Below the pieces are notes generated by a model. That model did not search any database and was not told where the DNA came from. It saw only the letters and a program-made list of their open reading frames with translations. From a virus, in IMG/VR virus record IMGVR_UViG_3300002144_000477, positions 96,001 through 160,000 of that record: 64,000 bases of DNA. The stretch is one strand, 5' to 3'. The translations under genes and the position numbers were made by a program. This document shows, piece by piece, positions 56,109 through 64,000 of the stretch. The first letter of the stretch is position 1. Each line of letters begins with the position of its first letter.

Positions 56109-57052
56109 GCTGATCGTTTATCCATATCGAGCACTCTGGCTAATGCCTGGTGTGCTTTAATGCTGTACAGGTCGCCCGGTTTCCGAATCTCTAACCAGCT
56201 AAATGCAGGATTGAAGTCAAAGTCGGTAATGATATCGTAGCCGAGACTACGAACCAATGGTATAAGTACGCTTTTGGGCATATAGCTCATAAAGTAACTT
56301 TCGGCATACGCAGCCGCCGGTGCCAAATCTGCATTGTTATATGTAAACATCATCACGCCACCGGGACGCAATAATGTAAATATCTCTCGCAAATAATCCT
56401 TAATGCTTTGCATGCTACGATAGTTAAAGTAGTTAAAGCTAAAAACAAATCCAAATTGATCTTTAGGTAACTCATCAAAGTTGATTGTTTCGTCGTCGAT
56501 TAAATATGGCCGAACTCTGTGCTTATAGTCATCGTTAAATTGATTAACGGTAACATCAAGAAACTCGTTAAAGTTGTCTACTACATACAACGGATCGCCA
56601 GCTACCAAATGCTTAGTCATGTCGCCATCGCGACAACCCATTTCTAGCATTGGATATTTCCAATCAACATATTTCCCGATTCGCGTGATGAATGTATCAA
56701 CGGCTCTCTCCGGGATATACAACTTACGAACTTCTCTAATACTCTGAGCGTCGGAGTACGCTAGTTCTAAATCGTAGTTTCTTACATAGAATTCACGGCT
56801 CATTCCTTCAATTTCTTCATTGGCTAGTCGTGTTTGATTAGCCAATGAAGATTGCAGTTGCTCAAGCTCGTCTCTAACTGCAACTAATCTGTGCATAATT
56901 TGTTGCACATATTCGTTGTGATGCATTTCTACATCACCAGTTATGACATTCCTTAAATCTTCATTTAAGTGATCAATCGCTTGCTGAATACCGTAAACTG
57001 ACAGTGTTTCGTTTAGACGATTTTTAAACTGTACTAAATCACTTAATTTCAT
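56105..57052 (-). CDS. class I SAM-dependent methyltransferase with N-terminal coiled coil
   Basis: LEMGCRDG, YVVD, QFGFVFS, LLRPGG. Confidence 0.8.
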   Translation of the reverse strand: MKLSDLVQFKNRLNETLSVYGIQQAIDHLNEDLRNVITGDVEMHHNEYVQQIMHRLVAVRDELEQLQSSLANQTRLANEEIEGMSREFYVRNYDLELAYSDAQSIREVRKLYIPERAVDTFITRIGKYVDWKYPMLEMGCRDGDMTKHLVAGDPLYVVDNFNEFLDVTVNQFNDDYKHRVRPYLIDDETINFDELPKDQFGFVFSFNYFNYRSMQSIKDYLREIFTLLRPGGVMMFTYNNADLAPAAAYAESYFMSYMPKSVLIPLVRSLGYDIITDFDFNPAFSWLEIRKPGDLYSIKAHQALARVLDMDKRSA

Positions 57053-57085
57053 ATATGAGCATCCATAATATACGTATATTTCTAT

Positions 57086-59752
57086 TTAGTCGTCCCAAGT
57101 GAACAGACTATCAAAAGTTGTTTTGATATCAGTTGCCTCAGGAATCCCCCATTCTAATACACCTAATAAGTTGTCTACCTTTTGATCAACAATAGTCGAT
57201 TCCATTAAGTTATCGTCAAACGGCAACTCTTTGTACCATGCAGGGATATGACTTTCGTCTGTGGGATATGCAACACTTGTATATCCCAGTGGGTTATCTT
57301 TTAGTTTACAGACGATGACTTTCATACCATCCATAATTTCAGTACTGTACCTATCTCCGTGCATTGCTTTTAACTTATTCCAGTTCATAGCTGCACGTAC
57401 ATGTCCTGGCATATTAGCTCTACCGAGTCGGGCTTCTTCGGCGGTATACTTAGTTAAGTTGTTAACTCGCTTAGGTGTACCTTTTTCCCATGCCGGGCGA
57501 TCAGCAAACGCCAATTTAAAATCACGCACTTTACGAATTACTTCGTCTCTAGGCAACTGTTCTGTCAATGTTGTTAACAGAATTTCGCTTAGAAAGTCCT
57601 GCACTACCCGTGGCGTGTCACTGCGCTTCAAATCTAAGCCCATAGCCTTAACTTTACCCAAGCTACCGTGGGTGTCAAGTCTGGTACCTTCGTTGTCATA
57701 GATCAATACCGCATACCGCTTCTTTTTAATAAAGAGACCCTTGCTTGCTACAAGTTCACGTCCAGCTTGGATAATAGAACCCATCGATCTTGGGCAGTGA
57801 CACGCCCGTTCCATAAACGCAGGAAACGATTCGTTTACTTGTTCAGCAATTGTATCATACAACTGTACACAAATATCGTTGTTCCATTCCATGCGTCCTG
57901 CCTCAACTTCATCCTTAATTGCCGGCCAAGCAGTAAAGTACACTGAGTCAGTATCACCGTAAATTATCGATTCACCCACGTGATCGTATTTGCCCATGAT
58001 ACATTCGTTAACAAACGCATCCATGTGTTTAGCAATAATACGACCTGTAAGCGTTGTACTCTGACCAATACGATGATCAAAGAATCTACAATGAGGATTA
58101 AGAATAGCACCATACAAACTGTTCAAATTAATCTTCTTAACTAACTGTCGTTTGTCCCAGAATGCTTTTTCTTCTGGCGTAGTTGCAGATTTCTTCTTTG
58201 CCTGCAATTCTTTACGTTCAGCATACCAGCGTTCAAGCAGGCCCGGGATAATACCTTTATGAGCAGTAGTAAAGATAGTTCCGTTAGCACTTACCGTCCA
58301 AGGTTGATTACTGTCGAAAATCAACCGCCATACATTGGCAGCACTAGTAACGTCAGACTCACCATTTTCCCAGTCAATGGTCAGTTCAGTACCAATGTCC
58401 ATATTCATCATTGCTTGATACTCAAGTGTACCAAACATATTTTCCCAAGCATCAGCAAAACTACTTCCCTTAGCCATTTTGTCACGGATGTAGTTATCTG
58501 TCATTATTGGTCGGATTTGTCCAACGACGGTTTCTGGACCCATGTTGAGGGCGCGAAGAGCCGAGGGGTACAGCGAGTTAAGGTCGATCGCGCCAATGTA
58601 GTCGTGCATGCCTTTTTTGGGGAAAGCAACATAGGCACCTGCCGCTTGCGTGTTATCGTCGTCATTTTTTCTAATCCTTGAAGGAACAACCATTCCGCGC
58701 AGATGCGCTTCGTTAATAATAGCCTGCTCAGTAACAGCCACTGCGCCCATTGTGGTAGGCAACAGCACAGTATTATCGTGTGCCAGCTCGTTTGCTAAAT
58801 CAATGAATCGTAGTTTTTTATCCATTTTAACTAACAACATAACGTCTTGTCTGTTGTAGTCTAAGAATGTTTCAAAGTTTTTATTGTAAAGTTGGTCAAG
58901 ACTTCCTTCATACTGAGTCTTGCGCTCGCCTAGTTCATACTCACCAATTGCATCTAAGCTGTAACTGTGGCGTTCTTCGTAAGTATACTTGCGGTACAAC
59001 TGCATGTAGTCTAAGTGTACACGACCAATCAAGTCAAACGTAACGTTCTCTGCGCCAAAGCGCTCGAACATACGTTGTTTAGGGAGTTGATCCCACAAGC
59101 AAAATCTACGAGTATCATTTTTGCTTAGTACACGAATAACACGGTTGACAGTATAGGGAATATCATATCCCTCACTGTTCCAGCCTGATAAAATATCAGC
59201 GTCGTCAATTAAATCTAAAAATACAACAAGCATTTCTGCTTCAGTGCGAAACATAAATGTGTTGTCAAACTTAGCGGCATGCTCCTCGGCCGTTTCCCAG
59301 CTCATGCTCTTAGGCGGGACCGCCAACGTAATAAGTTTGTCTAGCCAATCAAGGTATACGGTGATACTTGTAATTTTGTTAAACGGATCACCAGGTGAAC
59401 TGTAGCCGCGCTCTGGGTCAAAGTCTACCTCAATGTCAAAAAAGCATGTATGCAGTTTGGGCGAATCTACACCAAGGTAGTTGTCTGCAAGACACCGTAG
59501 CACTGGATTGATATCACTTTCGTGTACCTGCTTACTTGAGTTAACTCGTAGTTCTTTATGGAACTCTTTACTATTTCGTGTGCTGAATTTACTAACAGGC
59601 GCTCCGTGAATAGTACGATATTTTCCCTTAGGGTCTTCGTAGTAAAACACATAGTTAGCCGGATATGTTTTAAACTCTCTACGCCCATTAACCCTCTCCA
59701 CGACGTGGATAGTGTCTTTTTCTTTTTCAAATCTTGCGTCAATATAGCTCAT
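57086..59752 (-). CDS. B-family DNA polymerase (T4 gp43-like)
   Basis: ExoI DIE, ExoII WNSEGYD, ExoIII YNRQD; DLNSLYPS, KINLNSLYG, YGDTDS, KKRY. Confidence 0.97.
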   Translation of the reverse strand: MSYIDARFEKEKDTIHVVERVNGRREFKTYPANYVFYYEDPKGKYRTIHGAPVSKFSTRNSKEFHKELRVNSSKQVHESDINPVLRCLADNYLGVDSPKLHTCFFDIEVDFDPERGYSSPGDPFNKITSITVYLDWLDKLITLAVPPKSMSWETAEEHAAKFDNTFMFRTEAEMLVVFLDLIDDADILSGWNSEGYDIPYTVNRVIRVLSKNDTRRFCLWDQLPKQRMFERFGAENVTFDLIGRVHLDYMQLYRKYTYEERHSYSLDAIGEYELGERKTQYEGSLDQLYNKNFETFLDYNRQDVMLLVKMDKKLRFIDLANELAHDNTVLLPTTMGAVAVTEQAIINEAHLRGMVVPSRIRKNDDDNTQAAGAYVAFPKKGMHDYIGAIDLNSLYPSALRALNMGPETVVGQIRPIMTDNYIRDKMAKGSSFADAWENMFGTLEYQAMMNMDIGTELTIDWENGESDVTSAANVWRLIFDSNQPWTVSANGTIFTTAHKGIIPGLLERWYAERKELQAKKKSATTPEEKAFWDKRQLVKKINLNSLYGAILNPHCRFFDHRIGQSTTLTGRIIAKHMDAFVNECIMGKYDHVGESIIYGDTDSVYFTAWPAIKDEVEAGRMEWNNDICVQLYDTIAEQVNESFPAFMERACHCPRSMGSIIQAGRELVASKGLFIKKKRYAVLIYDNEGTRLDTHGSLGKVKAMGLDLKRSDTPRVVQDFLSEILLTTLTEQLPRDEVIRKVRDFKLAFADRPAWEKGTPKRVNNLTKYTAEEARLGRANMPGHVRAAMNWNKLKAMHGDRYSTEIMDGMKVIVCKLKDNPLGYTSVAYPTDESHIPAWYKELPFDDNLMESTIVDQKVDNLLGVLEWGIPEATDIKTTFDSLFTWDD

Positions 59753-59979
59753 GTATTGTAAATTAATCCTAGTATATAGACTATTGTAAGGCTTGTATTA
59801 AGAAAGATCAATGATCGTTCTTTCCATAATACACCGGTTGCCGCCCAAATGGCATTGCTTAGTATAAAAAATGCATGATGTAATAGCAACTGGGGCACGA
59901 AGCTAGCCAAACAAGCGGCAAGCACGACCCCAGTGGTTCCTACCCAGGCAAGCCATTGGTATGGCTTGTTTTCTGACAT
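59749..59979 (-). CDS. small membrane protein (about 3 TM helices)
   Basis: Hydrophobic; coupled to both neighbours. Confidence 0.75.
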   Translation of the reverse strand: MSENKPYQWLAWVGTTGVVLAACLASFVPQLLLHHAFFILSNAIWAATGVLWKERSLIFLNTSLTIVYILGLIYNT

Positions 59980-60233
59980 TACAGGGTGCGACCAACAGTC
60001 TCTAGAATATCGTTTAGCAATTCGTGATCGGCATTGTAGTCTGTTAACTTACTCTTGTGTGCAACATTGATTGCTTTTTTAAGAACAGCTGGTTTAATTT
60101 CTAGTTCTTCTGCTACTGCTTTGATGGTGTCATTTAGTCCAGCATTTAGATCTTCAATCTCTTGCTTTACTTGAATGCCCTCATTCATAATCTGTGTTAG
60201 TTTCGATTTCTGCTCGCCTGTAAACATAGCCAT
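59979..60233 (-). CDS. T4 DsbA-like dsDNA-binding protein
   Basis: 84 aa helical, EIEDL...IKAVAEELEIKPAVLKKA; TAAGGAG SD. Confidence 0.65.
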   Translation of the reverse strand: MAMFTGEQKSKLTQIMNEGIQVKQEIEDLNAGLNDTIKAVAEELEIKPAVLKKAINVAHKSKLTDYNADHELLNDILETVGRTL

Positions 60234-60263
60234 AATGCTATTCTCCTTAGTATAATATATAGT

Positions 60264-60292
60264 ATTGTACTATAAGTGTGACGTAATGTCAA
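60264..60292 (-). promoter_or_regulatory. sigma70-type promoter
   Basis: TTGACA-17-TACAAT. Confidence 0.8.
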
Positions 60293-61470
60293 CCCTTATA
60301 ATTTTCCAAATAGTAGGTAACAGCTTCAGTTACATTTGGTTCCCACGGAAAGTGTCCAACATTGTTATTGTCAAAGTAAAATGGACTAATTTCAACGGTA
60401 CGACGGTCTCGGTCAGTTGCAGTACTTGCTATTTTAACTTTGTGGTTATAATAACGTGCATTGTTATCGAACTTATACAAATACTCACGTGCCTGCCATT
60501 TTGTACCAGTTACACCTTGATCAATCTTAGCATAGAATGTTTGTAAATTGCTATAACTCCAGAACTGGAATCGCTCACTATGGAAGAATACCTCACTCAT
60601 GAATCGATCGTAACGATCCTGTGTAATACCTTTCTTGTAGTCTGCAACAGCGTGTTGCAACGGACGTTGCATAGAAAACTGGTACTTTAAATTAAAGTAA
60701 TGCCACCACCAGTAATCAGCAATGGAGTATGCATTTTCTAAATTTGCTTCTGCGAAGTTATCAGCTACTTTGTCAACATACCATTTGCTAAAGTCTGGGT
60801 GGCTCCACGGATTAGTTTGCTTATCGTAGAATACTTTAATAAGATCACGATTCTCGTTAGCAGGCAACATATGTCTTCCATCGGGAATTAGGTGTGCAAA
60901 TGCTCCGATGCTAGGTCCGTATATGCAATCGCCGGGATCACCGTGTAATAGCATAACTTTATCCAAGAACTCGTTGGTAACATCAATATCATTGATATGT
61001 ACAATTTTTAACTTGCCACTAATGTGCCGCTGATAGAAGTCCATATTTTCTAATAGACTATCAGTGTTCAACACTACAGTTAATATCTTTCTATCTGCTT
61101 CGCTTAAATTCTTAATAAAGCTAACTAGCACGCCGGAACTGTCGATACCACCAGACCACATGATATAAATTTCGCGATTAGTTTCGCTAGCAATTTTAAA
61201 TAACTCTAGCGCACGTTCGTCTAATATATCGTCGAGTGAGTCTGGTATATAACGTAGACTGGGCATACCCCATATAGCATTATCGTTCGGACTGTCCCAC
61301 GGGGTAGTAAAAGTTCCAGAACGAGGCCTTACATCTTTAACTCCAATGTTTAATTTACTGTACCTCTGCCAGTGTTGTCCCACTGGGTTCTTAATGTCAA
61401 GGTATTCGATTAACTGGTTATCGACCATGTTACCGTGTTTTATTTGATTAATGTGTTTTTCAATTGACAT
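60289..61470 (-). CDS. PP-loop ATP pyrophosphatase (asparagine-synthetase C-domain-like)
   Basis: MWSGGIDS, HGDPGDCIYGPS, WWWHYFNLK, FQFWS. Confidence 0.75.
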   Translation of the reverse strand: MSIEKHINQIKHGNMVDNQLIEYLDIKNPVGQHWQRYSKLNIGVKDVRPRSGTFTTPWDSPNDNAIWGMPSLRYIPDSLDDILDERALELFKIASETNREIYIMWSGGIDSSGVLVSFIKNLSEADRKILTVVLNTDSLLENMDFYQRHISGKLKIVHINDIDVTNEFLDKVMLLHGDPGDCIYGPSIGAFAHLIPDGRHMLPANENRDLIKVFYDKQTNPWSHPDFSKWYVDKVADNFAEANLENAYSIADYWWWHYFNLKYQFSMQRPLQHAVADYKKGITQDRYDRFMSEVFFHSERFQFWSYSNLQTFYAKIDQGVTGTKWQAREYLYKFDNNARYYNHKVKIASTATDRDRRTVEISPFYFDNNNVGHFPWEPNVTEAVTYYLENYKG

Positions 61471-62143
61471 TTAGCCACTCCGAAATCTTAGGATGTATAT
61501 ACCGTTGCAAATGACATTTAATTGGAATCTTATTAAACTCAACTCCAATTTGCTGTCTAATATCATCAACACTTTGTTCAATGTCAATATTGTTGTATAG
61601 CATTTGAAAAACTTCGCCTTTGTATGAACGCAAATATTTCATTATACTAAACTTATAATCGGTTTCCCATTTAATAAGATCTAGTAATGCCTGATCGTCG
61701 GGCATTACTAATTTAGAAAACTCAGCTAATTGTTCAAGATGCATTTTTTGATTGCGACTCTTTGTACGCATAGTATCTTGGAAATATCCATACTCTTTAT
61801 TAAACACTTTGATAAACTGATGAAAACAACTAACAACATCAACTAAATGCGTGTGGTATGAATCAATTGGGTCAGTGTTTGGTATAAGGCGAATGTACGG
61901 TTCGCTTTTTGGGTGAATATCGACCGCTATGTTGATTCGGTTTGAATCAGCTAATCCGATGTTTATTAATCGACCGCGATCAAGAATACCTTCGCGATAA
62001 TTTTCAATGTCGCTTACTCGCACACAGTACAACAGTATCTTGTGTGTTAATACGAACTGAATGCTTTTAAGCATTTCGTAACTTCTATCCGCGATTACAA
62101 ATCTGTTTGATCGCGGATTATATAATGCATATAATTCTTTCAA
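61460..62143 (-). CDS. hypothetical helical protein
   Basis: GAGG SD, coupled between the two PP-loop genes. Confidence 0.75.
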   Translation of the reverse strand: MKELYALYNPRSNRFVIADRSYEMLKSIQFVLTHKILLYCVRVSDIENYREGILDRGRLINIGLADSNRINIAVDIHPKSEPYIRLIPNTDPIDSYHTHLVDVVSCFHQFIKVFNKEYGYFQDTMRTKSRNQKMHLEQLAEFSKLVMPDDQALLDLIKWETDYKFSIMKYLRSYKGEVFQMLYNNIDIEQSVDDIRQQIGVEFNKIPIKCHLQRYIHPKISEWLNVN

Positions 62144-63345
62144 TTGAAATCCTCTAATAACTGTACAACACTTTCGCGTACACCTGGGTCAGACAAATTG
62201 CGTCCTTGCCAACTATCAGTAAAGTATACGGGTTGTACTCGAGACTGTCTGTCTAATACATTAGCCGGAGCACCGGGCGTTTTTACTTTAGTTTCGAAGT
62301 AAAGATCATTGCGATCTAACTCAAATATATAGCTACGTGCATCATGTTTGTGCATCTTTCGTACATCCCACCCTGTGCCTGCTGGCAATAGAGTTTGCAA
62401 ATTACTGTAGCTCCACTGTTGCCAATTTGGTGAATTAAAGTAGGTATTAGTTGCATAATCTACTAGTTCTTCTTTAGTGAACGATGTATTAAAGTCTGAC
62501 CTACTAAAGAAAAAAGGTCGCTGGCAACTAAACTCCCACTTAAAGTTGTAGTAAGTCCACCACCACCAATCAGCTACAGTAATTACATTTTCAGGATTAA
62601 TCTCTTCTAAATTAGCACTTACTGCGTTAACAAACCATTTGCCAAACCCTTCAGAATAATGAGGATGACTTGGGTGCGGCTGGACTGAATCAATGATTCC
62701 GCTAATATGATTACGCCAAGGATCCTTATGTGTTCCTTGTTGTATAAATTTAGCATACGCCGGTATACTAGGGCCTTGTAAACAATCGCCTGGGTCGCCG
62801 TGTATCACAATATATTTTTTAAGCAACTCAGGTGTAAGATCAAAATTTGAATAATGTAAACAATCAAGTTTGTTACTGATATGGTTAACGTAAAAATGAC
62901 TATTTTCTAATATGCTTCTAGAGCTTAATGTTATAGTTAAAATGTCTCTGTCAGCAGGTTCTAGATTTTTAATAAAGCTACTTAAGACCGCAGTGCTGTC
63001 AATTCCGCCGGACCATAAAATAAGTATCCGTCGATTAGTAGCCTTGGCAATACTAAACAGTTCGATTGCACGTTGGTCTGCAACATCGCTAAACGATAAA
63101 TTAGTAAAGGTAAAAGCAGGCGGCAAGTATTCAGACTTGCAACTAGCCCCCCAGGGGTTTTTAAATTCACCCAGTCTACTGCGCCAATCACTTACACCGA
63201 TTAACAATCGATTCATTTGAGTCCAATGGTTTGCATTAGGATTCTTGTAAGCAGTTAAGTTAGTAAAGTAGTCTGCCGCTACAAGTCTGGAACTTTGTAA
63301 CTCAGTTGCAGTTTTATTGTGCAGGTAGTCTTCTAAGCCATTCAT
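62140..63345 (-). CDS. PP-loop ATP pyrophosphatase, paralog of 60289..61470
   Basis: LWSGGIDS, HGDPGDCLQGPS, WWWWTYYNFK, WQQWS. Confidence 0.75.
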   Translation of the reverse strand: MNGLEDYLHNKTATELQSSRLVAADYFTNLTAYKNPNANHWTQMNRLLIGVSDWRSRLGEFKNPWGASCKSEYLPPAFTFTNLSFSDVADQRAIELFSIAKATNRRILILWSGGIDSTAVLSSFIKNLEPADRDILTITLSSRSILENSHFYVNHISNKLDCLHYSNFDLTPELLKKYIVIHGDPGDCLQGPSIPAYAKFIQQGTHKDPWRNHISGIIDSVQPHPSHPHYSEGFGKWFVNAVSANLEEINPENVITVADWWWWTYYNFKWEFSCQRPFFFSRSDFNTSFTKEELVDYATNTYFNSPNWQQWSYSNLQTLLPAGTGWDVRKMHKHDARSYIFELDRNDLYFETKVKTPGAPANVLDRQSRVQPVYFTDSWQGRNLSDPGVRESVVQLLEDFN

Positions 63346-63988
63346 TGGTAAGGTTCTCCGATAGCGCCGCTATCATAATTGATTTTAAATATGCAGTTGC
63401 ACCTGGACCGCCAAAGAGTGCATGGATTGTGTTAATTTCGTTCTTTAATAATGCTACTAACTTACTACGTCCGATTGATTTAATATCAGTTGTGCTAAAG
63501 AATGTATACAAACTCTTTTTAATTAACGCAGTTGAATCTTGAGTATTATGTAACTCATTACGCTCAGTCCTAACGGCCTCATCAACAAATGCATCAGGCC
63601 CTGTTAATACTTTAATATAGTTTTCAAATTCTGTAATGCCATTTAACCTCTGTTTTATTGCATTCTTTTTATTTTGTTCTGCAATTGCTAGTAATCTATT
63701 AAATCGGCTAAAAAAGTCGTACATTGTTTGGATATTTACAATTAGGTCCGGGCTAGCACTAAAGTCAGCTGGGCCCAGACCGTAATCAGGACGCAGTGAG
63801 TATGCATAGTCGTGCTTAATGGTAATTGGGCTAGCATCAAAATCTAAAAATTTATGTAGACGAAAGCTGCCTGCAAAATCTAATTTATTTTCTGTATTGA
63901 TTTCAATGTCGGATTTTTTATCAATCAGACTAAAGTCTACACACAAAGTAGTTAACTGAACGGTTAGACAAAATTGCACAGTCTTCAT
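63314..63988 (-). CDS. hypothetical helical protein, may extend beyond the window
   Basis: Frame stays open to the window edge; similar size and position to 61460..62143. Confidence 0.7.
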   Translation of the reverse strand: MKTVQFCLTVQLTTLCVDFSLIDKKSDIEINTENKLDFAGSFRLHKFLDFDASPITIKHDYAYSLRPDYGLGPADFSASPDLIVNIQTMYDFFSRFNRLLAIAEQNKKNAIKQRLNGITEFENYIKVLTGPDAFVDEAVRTERNELHNTQDSTALIKKSLYTFFSTTDIKSIGRSKLVALLKNEINTIHALFGGPGATAYLKSIMIAALSENLTNEWLRRLPAQ

Positions 63989-64000
63989 TGCACTATAGTC

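Noticed and set aside
57086-59752. Intein or intron in the DNA polymerase (or thyA)
   Set aside because: Length is typical and motifs are contiguous; no intein termini or homing endonuclease motifs seen.
60289-63345. Calling the SGGIDS proteins QueC
   Set aside because: They are about 400 aa, lack the C-terminal CxxCxxC zinc motif and other QueC motifs; only the generic PP-loop is shared.
60289-63988. Lasso-peptide cluster
   Set aside because: No precursor peptide, transglutaminase-like B protein or RRE could be recognised nearby.
1-64000. CRISPR array, tRNA or rRNA genes, integrase or transposase
   Set aside because: No regularly spaced repeats, cloverleaf signatures or recombinase motifs were seen by eye; tRNAscan-SE would be needed to fully exclude tRNAs.
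1-64000. Stop-codon reassignment as in some large phages
   Set aside because: Conserved genes (polymerase, thyA, folE) are full length and coding density is high under the standard code.

Overview
A 64-kb, densely coding, AT-rich segment of a large dsDNA bacteriophage with a T4-like replication set: B-family DNA polymerase, gp45-like clamp, RNase H/5'-3' exonuclease, DsbA-like protein, thyA and DHFR. No capsid, tail, tRNA, CRISPR or integrase was seen. Layout: (1) 1-21 kb is a sugar/modification island with GT-A-like proteins, five tandem N-terminal-twitch radical SAM genes, SGNH-like proteins, a carbamoyltransferase, an APS-kinase-like and an HxGH nucleotidyltransferase gene, DegT and an epimerase. 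(2) 21-38 kb is mostly minus-strand early genes behind near-consensus sigma70 promoters: a MoxR AAA + VWA/metallopeptidase pair, a GmrSD-like pair, a SleB hydrolase, and a signal-less DctP on the plus strand. (3) 39-55 kb is a 7-deazaguanine locus (folE, queD, queE, TGT/DpdA-like, a second QueD-like T-fold protein, a purine phosphoribosyltransferase) with no recognisable queC in the window, and with GT-B, GalE, mini-DegT, sulfotransferase and radical SAM genes interleaved. Candidate preQ1-I-like pseudoknot RNAs lie in the 5' leaders of queD and folE. (4) 55-64 kb holds replication genes and two tandem PP-loop ligase + partner cassettes. The best candidate novel system is a riboswitch-regulated, possibly glycosylated deazaguanine DNA hypermodification pathway. 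All calls come from motif recognition by eye; no database searches were run.
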